Assembly (NCBI GenBank): GCA_964397255.1
Contig: CAYNHQ010000004.1
Location: forward strand, 118,363-182,362
Source of the DNA: an uncultured bacterium
GTDB lineage: Bacteria > Bdellovibrionota_G > JALEGL01 > DATDPG01
DNA: 64,000 bases
Direction of reading: 5' to 3'
Positions 47,297 through 55,620 of the stretch are shown one piece after another. A program made the translations under genes and the position numbers. The stretch's first letter is position 1. Every line of letters starts with the position of its first letter. The notes under the pieces were generated by a model. It searched no databases, had not been told where the DNA came from, and saw only the letters and a program-made list of their open reading frames with translations.

Positions 47297-48571
47297 ATGC
47301 TCAAAACAATCCTTCGAACTGTCCTAATCATATTGGTATTAGCCGGCGTCTTTTTCTTCGCTTTACGCATGTGGGAGGGAAAACGGGGCGCGCTTCCCAC
47401 GGCCACAGTGCCTGGGACACCTGAAGCGGCCATCACCGTTCGCCAGGTGAGTGTCGTGCCGACGGCGGAAGGCGCGCTAATCCAGATCGATGAAGTTTCC
47501 GGGCCCGGGTATACGATTACGCCGCTCGACACCGGTATTGGATTCGTTGTGGATATTCCCGGGGCAAAGGTGGGTATGCTCCAGAGTTCCATCCCGAATC
47601 CTCATCCGATGATCCGCAACATCGACGCTTCTCAAGTATTTGCCCAGGGCGCCGTGCATGCGAGGATTCGAGTCGAGCTCGCGCAGGAAGCAACGCATCG
47701 TGATCGGTTGCAGGCCTCCATCCTCTATATTGATGTTTTGTCCAAGGTCACGCCGACCGCAGCGCCTACGCCTGAATTAACTCCCATACCCAAACCAAAG
47801 CCAGTGGCGAAGAGTTCGAAGGCAAAAACGCATAAGCCCGTAGCCAAGAAGAAAGCGCCTTCGCGAAGAGCTTCACACACGGTAGCGACTTCGTCTCCCA
47901 AACGGTCAGCCCCGCCAAAACCTCGAGCTACACCCGCACCGATGGCGAAAGAAGGAGACTCCGATGCCTTGTTACGAGATTTAGGAATTGGCTCTGCCCC
48001 TCCGGCGGCTGCACCCGCACCTGAGCCGGTGGCTCCAGTGAAGGAACCTCCCCCTCCTGCTTTGGCTGCCGAGGCTGCGCCCCCTGCTGAGGCCACGCCC
48101 GCTGCGCCCGTGACGGATCTCGAATCCCTTTTTGTGGAGTCGCAGGGGGGAAAACCTGCCGAGGCCGCTCCGCCGCCTGCGGAGGAAGCCCCACCTAAAG
48201 TGGCCGCTATTCCACCCCCAGAAGCTGGAAAATTTGATTCGTCTCAAATCGCCCGGGATCTACCGGCGCTGACGGCACTCGCCGTGACCAGCGAAGGAGA
48301 GGCTACAGTTATCCGTTTCTCGCGTGAGCAATCCATACCTTTCAAAGTATTTAAAATGGTCAACCCGAATCGAATCACTGTCGATTTCAAAAATTCCGCG
48401 AATCATTTAAAGGCGAATTATCCCGCATTCCCTGGAACCAGGGTAAAGAAAGTGACGACGCAGAATTTTCCCGGCCAAGATGGGCTAACTCGCGTCACAT
48501 TTTTTATTGATGGTCTTCCGAAATATGAGTCGGCTACCGAAGGTAACGATCTCATACTGAAGTTGCCGTAG
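47297..48571 (+). CDS. AMIN-domain protein with Pro/Ala-rich linker
   Basis: N-terminal TM helix. One AMIN-like domain lies at ~aa 50-140 and another at the C-terminus ('ITVDFKNSANHLKANYPAFPGTRVKKVTTQNF...LTRVTFFIDGL'). Confidence 0.6.
   Translation: MLKTILRTVLIILVLAGVFFFALRMWEGKRGALPTATVPGTPEAAITVRQVSVVPTAEGALIQIDEVSGPGYTITPLDTGIGFVVDIPGAKVGMLQSSIPNPHPMIRNIDASQVFAQGAVHARIRVELAQEATHRDRLQASILYIDVLSKVTPTAAPTPELTPIPKPKPVAKSSKAKTHKPVAKKKAPSRRASHTVATSSPKRSAPPKPRATPAPMAKEGDSDALLRDLGIGSAPPAAAPAPEPVAPVKEPPPPALAAEAAPPAEATPAAPVTDLESLFVESQGGKPAEAAPPPAEEAPPKVAAIPPPEAGKFDSSQIARDLPALTALAVTSEGEATVIRFSREQSIPFKVFKMVNPNRITVDFKNSANHLKANYPAFPGTRVKKVTTQNFPGQDGLTRVTFFIDGLPKYESATEGNDLILKLP
48390..48571 (+). repeat. 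182-bp direct repeat, copy 1 (3' end of the AMIN-domain gene including its stop)
   Basis: 100% identical to 50015-50196. Confidence 0.9.
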
Positions 48572-48573
48572 AG

Positions 48574-48613
48574 GTATTCTGTATTTCGAATACTGAATTC
48601 CGTATTCCGAAAG
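48574..48613. repeat. GTATTC/GAATAC hexamer-rich palindromic element
   Basis: GTATTCTGTATTTCGAATACTGAATTCCGTATTCCGAAAG. A related element abuts the tRNA-Leu 3' end at 61901-61948. Confidence 0.5.
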
Positions 48614-48678
48614 TTCACCTGATTTCATCAACGATGTTACTACGGATATGGTCGGCCGGGCGATCTCGGCTTTAACCT

Positions 48679-48915
48679 TCACGCGGCTCGTTTTAATCGT
48701 TCCACACCTTCGACGACCAACATCCGCATGAGAGTCTGGTATGGCATGCCTTTTTGGGCCGCCAATTGTTTGAGTTCCGCTACGGTTTCCTCGGAAAGAT
48801 TGATGCTGGTGGGGTGTTTCTTTTGACTTTTTAGCTTTTTATAAGCGGAAACGATCTTCTTCGTTTCGAACGTTACCTTTTGATATCCCTTTTCACTCTT
48901 TACATAGTTCGGCAT
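48679..48915 (-). CDS. brnA: BrnA antitoxin
   Basis: 'MPNYVKSEKGYQKVTFETKKIVSAYKKLKSQ...INLSEETVAELKQLAAQKGMPYQTLMRMLV' (RHH). The start is the internal ATG of ORF 48679..49098. Confidence 0.6.
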   Translation of the reverse strand: MPNYVKSEKGYQKVTFETKKIVSAYKKLKSQKKHPTSINLSEETVAELKQLAAQKGMPYQTLMRMLVVEGVERLKRAA

Positions 48916-49237
48916 ATAGCTTTCTCTCCTTTCGGCTCGTATTGCGAATCGAAACGATCCGGATTCCAGTCCCTCGAATCGCAAAAACAACGAATACATG
49001 GCGCCCCGATTTGGTAACTCCCAGCAGCCCAAATCTTGGTTCATCCACTGAAGGTGAAACCTGCTCGCCCAAGATTCGAATGGCTTCGTTTTGCTCAAAA
49101 ACTTCTTCAGCTTCTATGCATGTAATCCCATGCTTTTTCAGGCTTTTGGTTTCATTTCCCTCATCCCACTCGTAGCGAAACTCATTCTGAGCGAGAATCC
49201 ACTCAGCGAGCCACGCTACAAATCGGAAATGCGCCAT
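48893..49237 (-). CDS. brnT: BrnT toxin (DUF497)
   Basis: 'FRYEWDEGNETKSLKKHGITCIEAEEVF...IRIVSIRNTSRKERKLY'. Confidence 0.7.
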   Translation of the reverse strand: MAHFRFVAWLAEWILAQNEFRYEWDEGNETKSLKKHGITCIEAEEVFEQNEAIRILGEQVSPSVDEPRFGLLGVTKSGRHVFVVFAIRGTGIRIVSIRNTSRKERKLYAELCKE

Positions 49238-49418
49238 CTGAGTCTAAGTATAGTGAAATTCACTATAGTAGTCAAAATGACTTAAGACTGATCTCTATCC
49301 AAGTTTGACGACAAGCTGGCGCAAGTCATTGCAAGCTTTAATTATTCTTCGCTTTTTTGTGTTGCGCGTTGCGCTAATTCGACCACTGTGGTACTAGCCG
49401 GTGCTTCCGGTGAGGATC

Positions 49419-50009
49419 ATGAAAACAGGCATTCTATTCATTCTAGGTTGTACCCTACTGTCATCGACTTCCATGGCCGAAAGACAGGTTTCAAAAGCCG
49501 GCCCCATCGGCAGGAACGTGACGCATTTTTACCATCCGACCTGCAATCTTTATCTGCGCGCGGAAAACGATCCAGAAGACGAGATCACCAAACGCCTCGA
49601 TCTTGGAGGCTCGACCACAACATTCCACCGTTCACCTCAGACGATTCAGAGATTGGCCGCTTCAAAGGGGTTCAGGCTAGACCTTCGTCGACCGTTGGCT
49701 GAAACGGAATCAACTGATCGAGACCTTGGGAAGTTGGTTCTCTCTCTTCAGAGTGGCCGCGAATCACGCGATCCTTTTAGTGGAAAAGATTACTCTGGCT
49801 ATCGAGCAAATGTTCAGATTCTCGAAATTGTCCAAAATGGAGAAGGGGGTTTTTCGTTCCACGTCCATTACAGCGAATACCAGAACGATTACATCCATCG
49901 GCTGGATCGGACGAGGCCGGAAACACCTTATGGCAAGCTGTTAGAACAAGCGTTTGAACGTATTCCCGACTGTGTAGTCACGGGCCTTCAAACGAATTCA
50001 AGAAAGTAA
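49419..50009 (+). CDS. Hypothetical secreted protein
   Basis: Signal peptide 'MKTGILFILGCTLLSSTSMA'. Confidence 0.45.
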   Translation: MKTGILFILGCTLLSSTSMAERQVSKAGPIGRNVTHFYHPTCNLYLRAENDPEDEITKRLDLGGSTTTFHRSPQTIQRLAASKGFRLDLRRPLAETESTDRDLGKLVLSLQSGRESRDPFSGKDYSGYRANVQILEIVQNGEGGFSFHVHYSEYQNDYIHRLDRTRPETPYGKLLEQAFERIPDCVVTGLQTNSRK

Positions 50010-50014
50010 TTTTT

Positions 50015-50196
50015 AAAATTCCGCGAATCATTTAAAGGCGAATTATCCCGCATTCCCTGGAACCAGGGTAAAGAAAGTGACGACGCAGAATTTTCCCGGC
50101 CAAGATGGGCTAACTCGCGTCACATTTTTTATTGATGGTCTTCCGAAATATGAGTCGGCTACCGAAGGTAACGATCTCATACTGAAGTTGCCGTAG
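50015..50196 (+). repeat. 182-bp direct repeat, copy 2 (displaced gene-3'-end duplicate)
   Basis: 100% identical to 48390-48571. Confidence 0.9.
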
Positions 50197-50481
50197 TTAA
50201 AAGAGAAACGTCGCAGAGAGAGAAGTGTAGCAATCGGAACTGTAGGTATGTGGGGTATTGCTACAACTCCTCTCCTCCGCGAATTCGTTTCACGCTTTGA
50301 GTAACGCATACTCTAGGCCACATACGAACAGAATTAATTGATTAATATTAATGACTTGTAAAATATGGCTCTTTACTACTCGAAAGTAGAGTTTCCTATA
50401 GGTGCCACCATCTTCGAAAAATAATTATTGATATTAAATACTTAAATCAGTTTATGAACTTTATTTGGCTTATGCTAAGAA

Positions 50482-53400
50482 TTGCATCATTTAGTGTGCT
50501 ATTCTCAGGGTTCATTGAACTTCAAACAGATCCATTTTGCCCAACATTATAAGTTGATCGCCCCACTAGGTCAGGGTGGGATGGGGAAAGTATTTGAAGC
50601 AGAAGACCTTCGTTTCCCCGGCCGACGGATTGCGCTGAAGCAATTGAATGAAAGTGATCCCATCTGGGTCGCCACATTTCGCCAAGAATTTTCCCTATTG
50701 GCCGCTTCGCAACATCCCAACATTCTCGATGTATACGAATTTGGCAGGGACGAGGAAACGGGGATCTCTTTTTATACGGCGGAATTGATTCGAGGAGAGT
50801 CTCTCGCCCATCGTCGATTGTCTTGGAGCGAGAGGGAGCTGATCGAAGTTTTACTTCACATCGGTCGTGCCCTTCGATTCCTCGGCAGTCGAAGCATTAT
50901 CCATGGGGACATCAAACCGGGAAATATTTTATGGGATGCGAGGAATGAGGAATATCGATTGGTTGATTTCGGTCTTGCGCGCACGCGGACGGGCCGAGAT
51001 GTGCATGGCCAATCGGGAACCCCTCTCTATATGGCGCCCGAAATTTGGGAAGGCAATAGGGCCGACAGTCGTTCAGACCTCTTTTCCCTCGGTGTCACGA
51101 TCGAGCGACTCGCTTCTCATACGGACCCGCCGACCGCTCTTCGCTCGTCCCTTCGAACCGTCATCACTCGCATGACCGAGAAAAATCCAGATGCGCGATT
51201 TCGCGATGCGGATGCGCTGCTGGAAAATCTTTGTCGTACGGTCGACCCATCATTGGCAAAGGAAACTGAGGCCACTCTTAATGCCTATTCGGTTTCCCCT
51301 CGGCTGAGTGGTCGGCAAGAAGTGCTGACAGAAATTGCACAAGAGTTACGGGAGGGGAGGTCGCCGGTGGTGGTAACGGGGGCTCCCGGAATGGGCAAAT
51401 CGAGGCTCCTCGTCGAAATATGTCGGCGATTCCAATTGGAGGGAATTTCCACCACACTCATTCACTGTCAGCTTCATCAGGCGTTTGCGGATCAGATTGG
51501 GCATGCGATATCCGAACAAGAGCATTTATTGGTACTGGACGATGTTGAGTTTCTTCCCGAGAAAGATCAGGAACTTCTTCTCGAGGTGGTAAGGCGAATC
51601 GGACGAGAGAAAAAAGAAAAATTCTCCATCCTCTTCAGCACTGAACAAATTGAGCACGCGCAAGAATTTCCCGGGTTGAAACATCATCTCCTCAAGCCGT
51701 TCTCCTCTGAAGAAGTACACGACTACATGGAATCGCTTGGGGTGGAAGTCCATCCGGAAGTTCTCCGTGTATTGGTCCGGCTTTCGGGAGGGGTTCCCCT
51801 CTTGCTCGAGTCGATGGTTCGCGATGGGCTGCCGAATGTGGAAATGTTTTCAAAAGTCGAAGCCGCAGAAGAATTGAATAAACTGCACCCCCCGAAAGAT
51901 TATGAACGAATTTGGTCCGAACGAATTTTCACACTTTCATCCGATGAACGGCGTCTCTTGGAGTTTCTCGCGATCGCTGACGCCCCATTGCCGATAAATT
52001 ATGGGGTCGACGACAGTCGCCAAAGCGCCCGCCTGATGTCTCTTCACCTCGCTCGCGGAGCGATTTTGGGTAATCGTTCCGCCTGCGTGATCGAGAGCCC
52101 TGCGGTAGCTGAATTGGCATTGAAGAATTTGTCTTCCGCCGACCTCCGGAATCGGCATCGGGAGGTAGCGGATCTCTTCGAAGGCGTCCTCTCCTCCGAA
52201 GCCGGACGCCCTTTGGAATTAATTACCCAGGTGGCGGTACATAGGTCTCTTTCAGGAGACCTGACCCAAGCCTCGCCTTTTCTTGCGGAAGCTCTAGGAC
52301 AATTTCTCAAATCGCATGCGAATGATGAAGGAATACTGATGTTGCGACGTATTCCGATCGAGGGGCATTGGAGCGGATCCGCTCGCTCCACGGCCGCAGA
52401 ACTTTGGGCTCGTGTAGGGGAATACGACCGCGCATTTGAACAATTGATCCAGCTCCAAAAAGAAAAGGGAGAATCGAAAGCCATCATTCTTCGTCGAATG
52501 GCTGATTTGCAACTCAAAAGGAGAAAGTTCAAAGAGGCTTTGGAACAAGTCACTGAAGCGGAAAATGAGATCTCTGCCCTCGAGGAGAACCAGAGAAAAG
52601 AAGAACGGGTTCACCTTCTCTTGGTTCGACAAACCATCGCGCTTTTACAAGGGGGCTACCCCCTGGTGGAAGCTACCGGCCGCGAAATCGAAAAGAAAGC
52701 TCCGGAAGGTATGGTGCGCGAGCGCGCTTCATCGCTCTGCATGCGTGGCCATGCAGCGCAGATGGAAGGGCGTCTACAAGAAGCAGGAAAAAAATTTCGC
52801 GCGGCACTTCAATTAGGAGAAGAAAGTAAAAACCTCTCGGCACAGTCAATGGCCTGGGGAAATCTCGGAAAGTTGGCACAGCATGAAAGCCGATTCGCGG
52901 ATGCGGAAAAGGATTTTAGAAAGGCCATGGAATTTGCGGAAAAAGCGCGAGATTATCTGGCCCTTGCCACGCTTCAGATGAACGTTTCGGCGCTTTGCCA
53001 AAAAATAGGAAAGTATCGTGAAGCCTGTGACTCGATTGAACGGAGCGTCGAAATTTATCGGCGACTTGGAAATCATGAAGAGTTTGCGCTGGCGCTTTAT
53101 ACGCGAGCCTCGCTTCGATTTTCTCTCTTTGGTTCCGATACAGCAGTGACCGACGATGTCCAAAACGCTTTGGAGTTGGCCGAAGCGGCTGGCAATGAGG
53201 ATGCTGCCGCATATGCGCATCTTTTATTGGCAAGAGTTTCAAAAAACTCCGCGAGCCGATCCCATTGGGATACCGCTCGCCGATCTTTTCGAAAACGAAT
53301 GGACTCCTCGGGTCTTCGCGAGGCTGCGTTGGTTGCACTGGAAGAGCACTTCGCTCCAGAAACGAAAGAACTCGAGATCGATGAAATGGATCTTGAGCAA

Positions 53401-55416
53401 CGCCTACGTTTTGCGGCGTGGAAGTTCGTCGAAGGAAAAGGGAGTCAAGAGGGAGAACTATTGAGCCCCGTGTTGCGGAAAATGGCCGATAAAAATCCCA
53501 ATCCGGAGCTGCTGGCTCAGTTTCTTTCTCTTCAGGTTCAATTCAAGAAGGGGCAACCAAGGGACCCAATGGCGGCTTCACAAGCCATTTTGATATTTGA
53601 AGGCTTGAGTGCTTCGCTGGGAGAAGAAGATCAAGAGGCCTATCTCTCGGTACGCCGAGTCGATGACTTGAAAAAATTAGTGACCGAAGATGATGAATTG
53701 CCAGGATCCCCTTCCGTGATTCACGCCGAGGTTGATGAGAAAGCGACGATTCAGGACTATAGAAAAAACTCGCTTTCAGAGGAAGACCTTATTACGACCC
53801 GCGCGGGGCGTGAGCTCCCTGCGAATTCACTCGGCAGACTTCTTGGAATGATCAAATTGCTAAATGATGAAATTGAATTTCAAAAAACGGTTGATCTTCT
53901 TCTCGATTTTGCCGTCGCGGAAACAAAGGCGGAGCGTGGGTTTTTTGTAACCGAAGAGGGCGACGATTTCCGCGTCGTTTCGGCCCGGAACATGAAGCAG
54001 CTGTGGATTCGTGAGCCCAACTCTCGGTTTAGCCGAACGGCCGTAAAAAAGGCGCTCCGGTCAGGCGCGACGATTACCGAAGGAGATGTAGCCGAGTCAA
54101 AATCTTGGAAAAATTCGCCCAGCCTTGTGAACCAAGAGGTTCGATCATTCCTGGCCGTTCCGTTGCGATCTCAAGAAAAAATTATGGGAGTTATTTATTT
54201 GGATCGCCGCAAGTCCCCGAAGGCGTTTAGCAGCACGGAAGTCCTCATTGTGGAAGCGCTGGCGGAACAAGGGAGCACGGCCCTTCGAAAGAATGAGTTG
54301 ATGAGCGAACTCAAAATTCAAGCGGAACGAATTGCGCAGTTCAATGGAAAATTGGAGGACGAACTTGAATCCAAAGAAACGCAAATTCAGCAGACGGAGA
54401 CCCTGTTACAAAAAACCGGTTCGGAAGATTCCATATTTCACCGCCACGCACAAATCATCGCGAAGAGTGATCGCATGCGAAACATTCTTCGTACGGTAGA
54501 GACCATTGCCGCCTCAAGATCCTATTGTTACATCTCTGGAGAGTCTGGAACTGGCAAGGAGTTGATTGCGCAAGCGTTGCACGAACGATCTCCTCAGGCT
54601 CGGGGCCCTTGGGTTCCGGTGCAATGCGGGAGCATTCCCGAAGATCTTTTTGACGCGCTCTTCTTTGGGCATGAAAAAGGGGCTTTCACTGGTGCGGATA
54701 AGGCGCGGGTCGGTTTTTTCGTGGCCGCGAATGGGGGAACTCTTTTTCTGGATGAGATAGACCAACTCAAGCCGGATCAACAAGCGAAACTGCTCCGGGC
54801 TCTTCAGGAATCGAAGGTCTTGCCGGTCGGCAAAACTGCAGAAGTTTCTTTCTCGATACGTGTCGTAACGGCATCCAACCGGGATCTCGAGAAGCTGAGA
54901 GCGGCGGGGGATTTTCGAGAGGATCTTTTTTATCGCCTCCATGTGATTCGGATCGACCTTCCTCCCTTACGCGAAAGAATCGAAGATATTCCGCTTCTCA
55001 TCCATCATTTTCTAAAGATGTCAGCGCTGACCCAAAAATACCCTCTGACAGTGGCGGATAATGCGCTTGAGGCTCTGATGAGATACCGCTGGCCGGGAAA
55101 TATACGCGAACTGAAAAATGAGATGGACCGAATTGTGGCACTCCTTCCGCTCTCTTCCGGAGGCAAACGTAGAATTAAGCTGGAGGACCTTTCGCCTGTG
55201 ATCCGTGGGGGATCCATGGGAGAGGCGATAAGCGATGATGAACCGTTTCATGAAGCAATTGATCGGTTTACGGCACAGCGAATTTTGCTTGTTCTCAAGA
55301 AGACCAAAGGGAACCGAACCAAGGCCGCGCAGCTCGTCGGAATGCACCGAAACGGGTTCAATCGAATGCTTCAGCGACTCAAAATTAAAGTCCTACCTCG
55401 TTCAGCTTATGATTAA
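50482..55416 (+). CDS. Multidomain regulator: Ser/Thr protein kinase + STAND/AAA ATPase + TPR repeats + GAF + sigma-54 interaction (AAA+) domain + Fis-type HTH
   Basis: Kinase: 'LGQGGMGKVFEA', 'HGDIKPGNILW', 'GTPLYMAPE'. P-loop 'VVTGAPGMGKSRLL'. TPR-like helical repeats span ~aa 600-1000. GAF domain lies at ~aa 1180-1290. EBP core 'ISGESGTGKELIA...EKGAFTGA...GGTLFLDEI'. C-terminal HTH 'KGNRTKAAQLVGMHRNGFNRMLQRL'. TTG or GTG start. Confidence 0.8.
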   Translation: MHHLVCYSQGSLNFKQIHFAQHYKLIAPLGQGGMGKVFEAEDLRFPGRRIALKQLNESDPIWVATFRQEFSLLAASQHPNILDVYEFGRDEETGISFYTAELIRGESLAHRRLSWSERELIEVLLHIGRALRFLGSRSIIHGDIKPGNILWDARNEEYRLVDFGLARTRTGRDVHGQSGTPLYMAPEIWEGNRADSRSDLFSLGVTIERLASHTDPPTALRSSLRTVITRMTEKNPDARFRDADALLENLCRTVDPSLAKETEATLNAYSVSPRLSGRQEVLTEIAQELREGRSPVVVTGAPGMGKSRLLVEICRRFQLEGISTTLIHCQLHQAFADQIGHAISEQEHLLVLDDVEFLPEKDQELLLEVVRRIGREKKEKFSILFSTEQIEHAQEFPGLKHHLLKPFSSEEVHDYMESLGVEVHPEVLRVLVRLSGGVPLLLESMVRDGLPNVEMFSKVEAAEELNKLHPPKDYERIWSERIFTLSSDERRLLEFLAIADAPLPINYGVDDSRQSARLMSLHLARGAILGNRSACVIESPAVAELALKNLSSADLRNRHREVADLFEGVLSSEAGRPLELITQVAVHRSLSGDLTQASPFLAEALGQFLKSHANDEGILMLRRIPIEGHWSGSARSTAAELWARVGEYDRAFEQLIQLQKEKGESKAIILRRMADLQLKRRKFKEALEQVTEAENEISALEENQRKEERVHLLLVRQTIALLQGGYPLVEATGREIEKKAPEGMVRERASSLCMRGHAAQMEGRLQEAGKKFRAALQLGEESKNLSAQSMAWGNLGKLAQHESRFADAEKDFRKAMEFAEKARDYLALATLQMNVSALCQKIGKYREACDSIERSVEIYRRLGNHEEFALALYTRASLRFSLFGSDTAVTDDVQNALELAEAAGNEDAAAYAHLLLARVSKNSASRSHWDTARRSFRKRMDSSGLREAALVALEEHFAPETKELEIDEMDLEQRLRFAAWKFVEGKGSQEGELLSPVLRKMADKNPNPELLAQFLSLQVQFKKGQPRDPMAASQAILIFEGLSASLGEEDQEAYLSVRRVDDLKKLVTEDDELPGSPSVIHAEVDEKATIQDYRKNSLSEEDLITTRAGRELPANSLGRLLGMIKLLNDEIEFQKTVDLLLDFAVAETKAERGFFVTEEGDDFRVVSARNMKQLWIREPNSRFSRTAVKKALRSGATITEGDVAESKSWKNSPSLVNQEVRSFLAVPLRSQEKIMGVIYLDRRKSPKAFSSTEVLIVEALAEQGSTALRKNELMSELKIQAERIAQFNGKLEDELESKETQIQQTETLLQKTGSEDSIFHRHAQIIAKSDRMRNILRTVETIAASRSYCYISGESGTGKELIAQALHERSPQARGPWVPVQCGSIPEDLFDALFFGHEKGAFTGADKARVGFFVAANGGTLFLDEIDQLKPDQQAKLLRALQESKVLPVGKTAEVSFSIRVVTASNRDLEKLRAAGDFREDLFYRLHVIRIDLPPLRERIEDIPLLIHHFLKMSALTQKYPLTVADNALEALMRYRWPGNIRELKNEMDRIVALLPLSSGGKRRIKLEDLSPVIRGGSMGEAISDDEPFHEAIDRFTAQRILLVLKKTKGNRTKAAQLVGMHRNGFNRMLQRLKIKVLPRSAYD

Positions 55417-55570
55417 AGCGCGGTTAGGATTCTTTTCTTAAAGGTGAGAGAGGGAACTATAGTCTACTTTAGTATGAAAAATTTGTTTACGATATTTTCA
55501 ATTTCTCGAAATATACATTTATAACATATTGTTATTATTATGTTTATTTAATATAAATAAGAGTAATTTT

Positions 55571-55586
55571 TGGTACAGTTATGGCA
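55571..55586 (+). promoter_or_regulatory. Sigma-54 (-24/-12) promoter TGGTAC-AGTTA-TGGCA
   Basis: GG (55572-73) and GC (55584-85) are separated by exactly 10 nt, matching TGGCAC-N5-TTGCA at most positions. The site lies ~35 nt upstream of ATG 55621 in an AT-rich intergenic region, directly downstream of the sigma-54 activator gene. Confidence 0.55.
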
Positions 55587-55620
55587 AGAAAACGAAATGA
55601 TGTGGCATGGGGTATCTAGA

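Noticed and set aside
48418-50309. ORFs 48418..48618(-) and 50043..50309(-) with identical C-terminal peptides
   Set aside because: They are antisense read-through of the 182-bp direct repeat, not a gene family.
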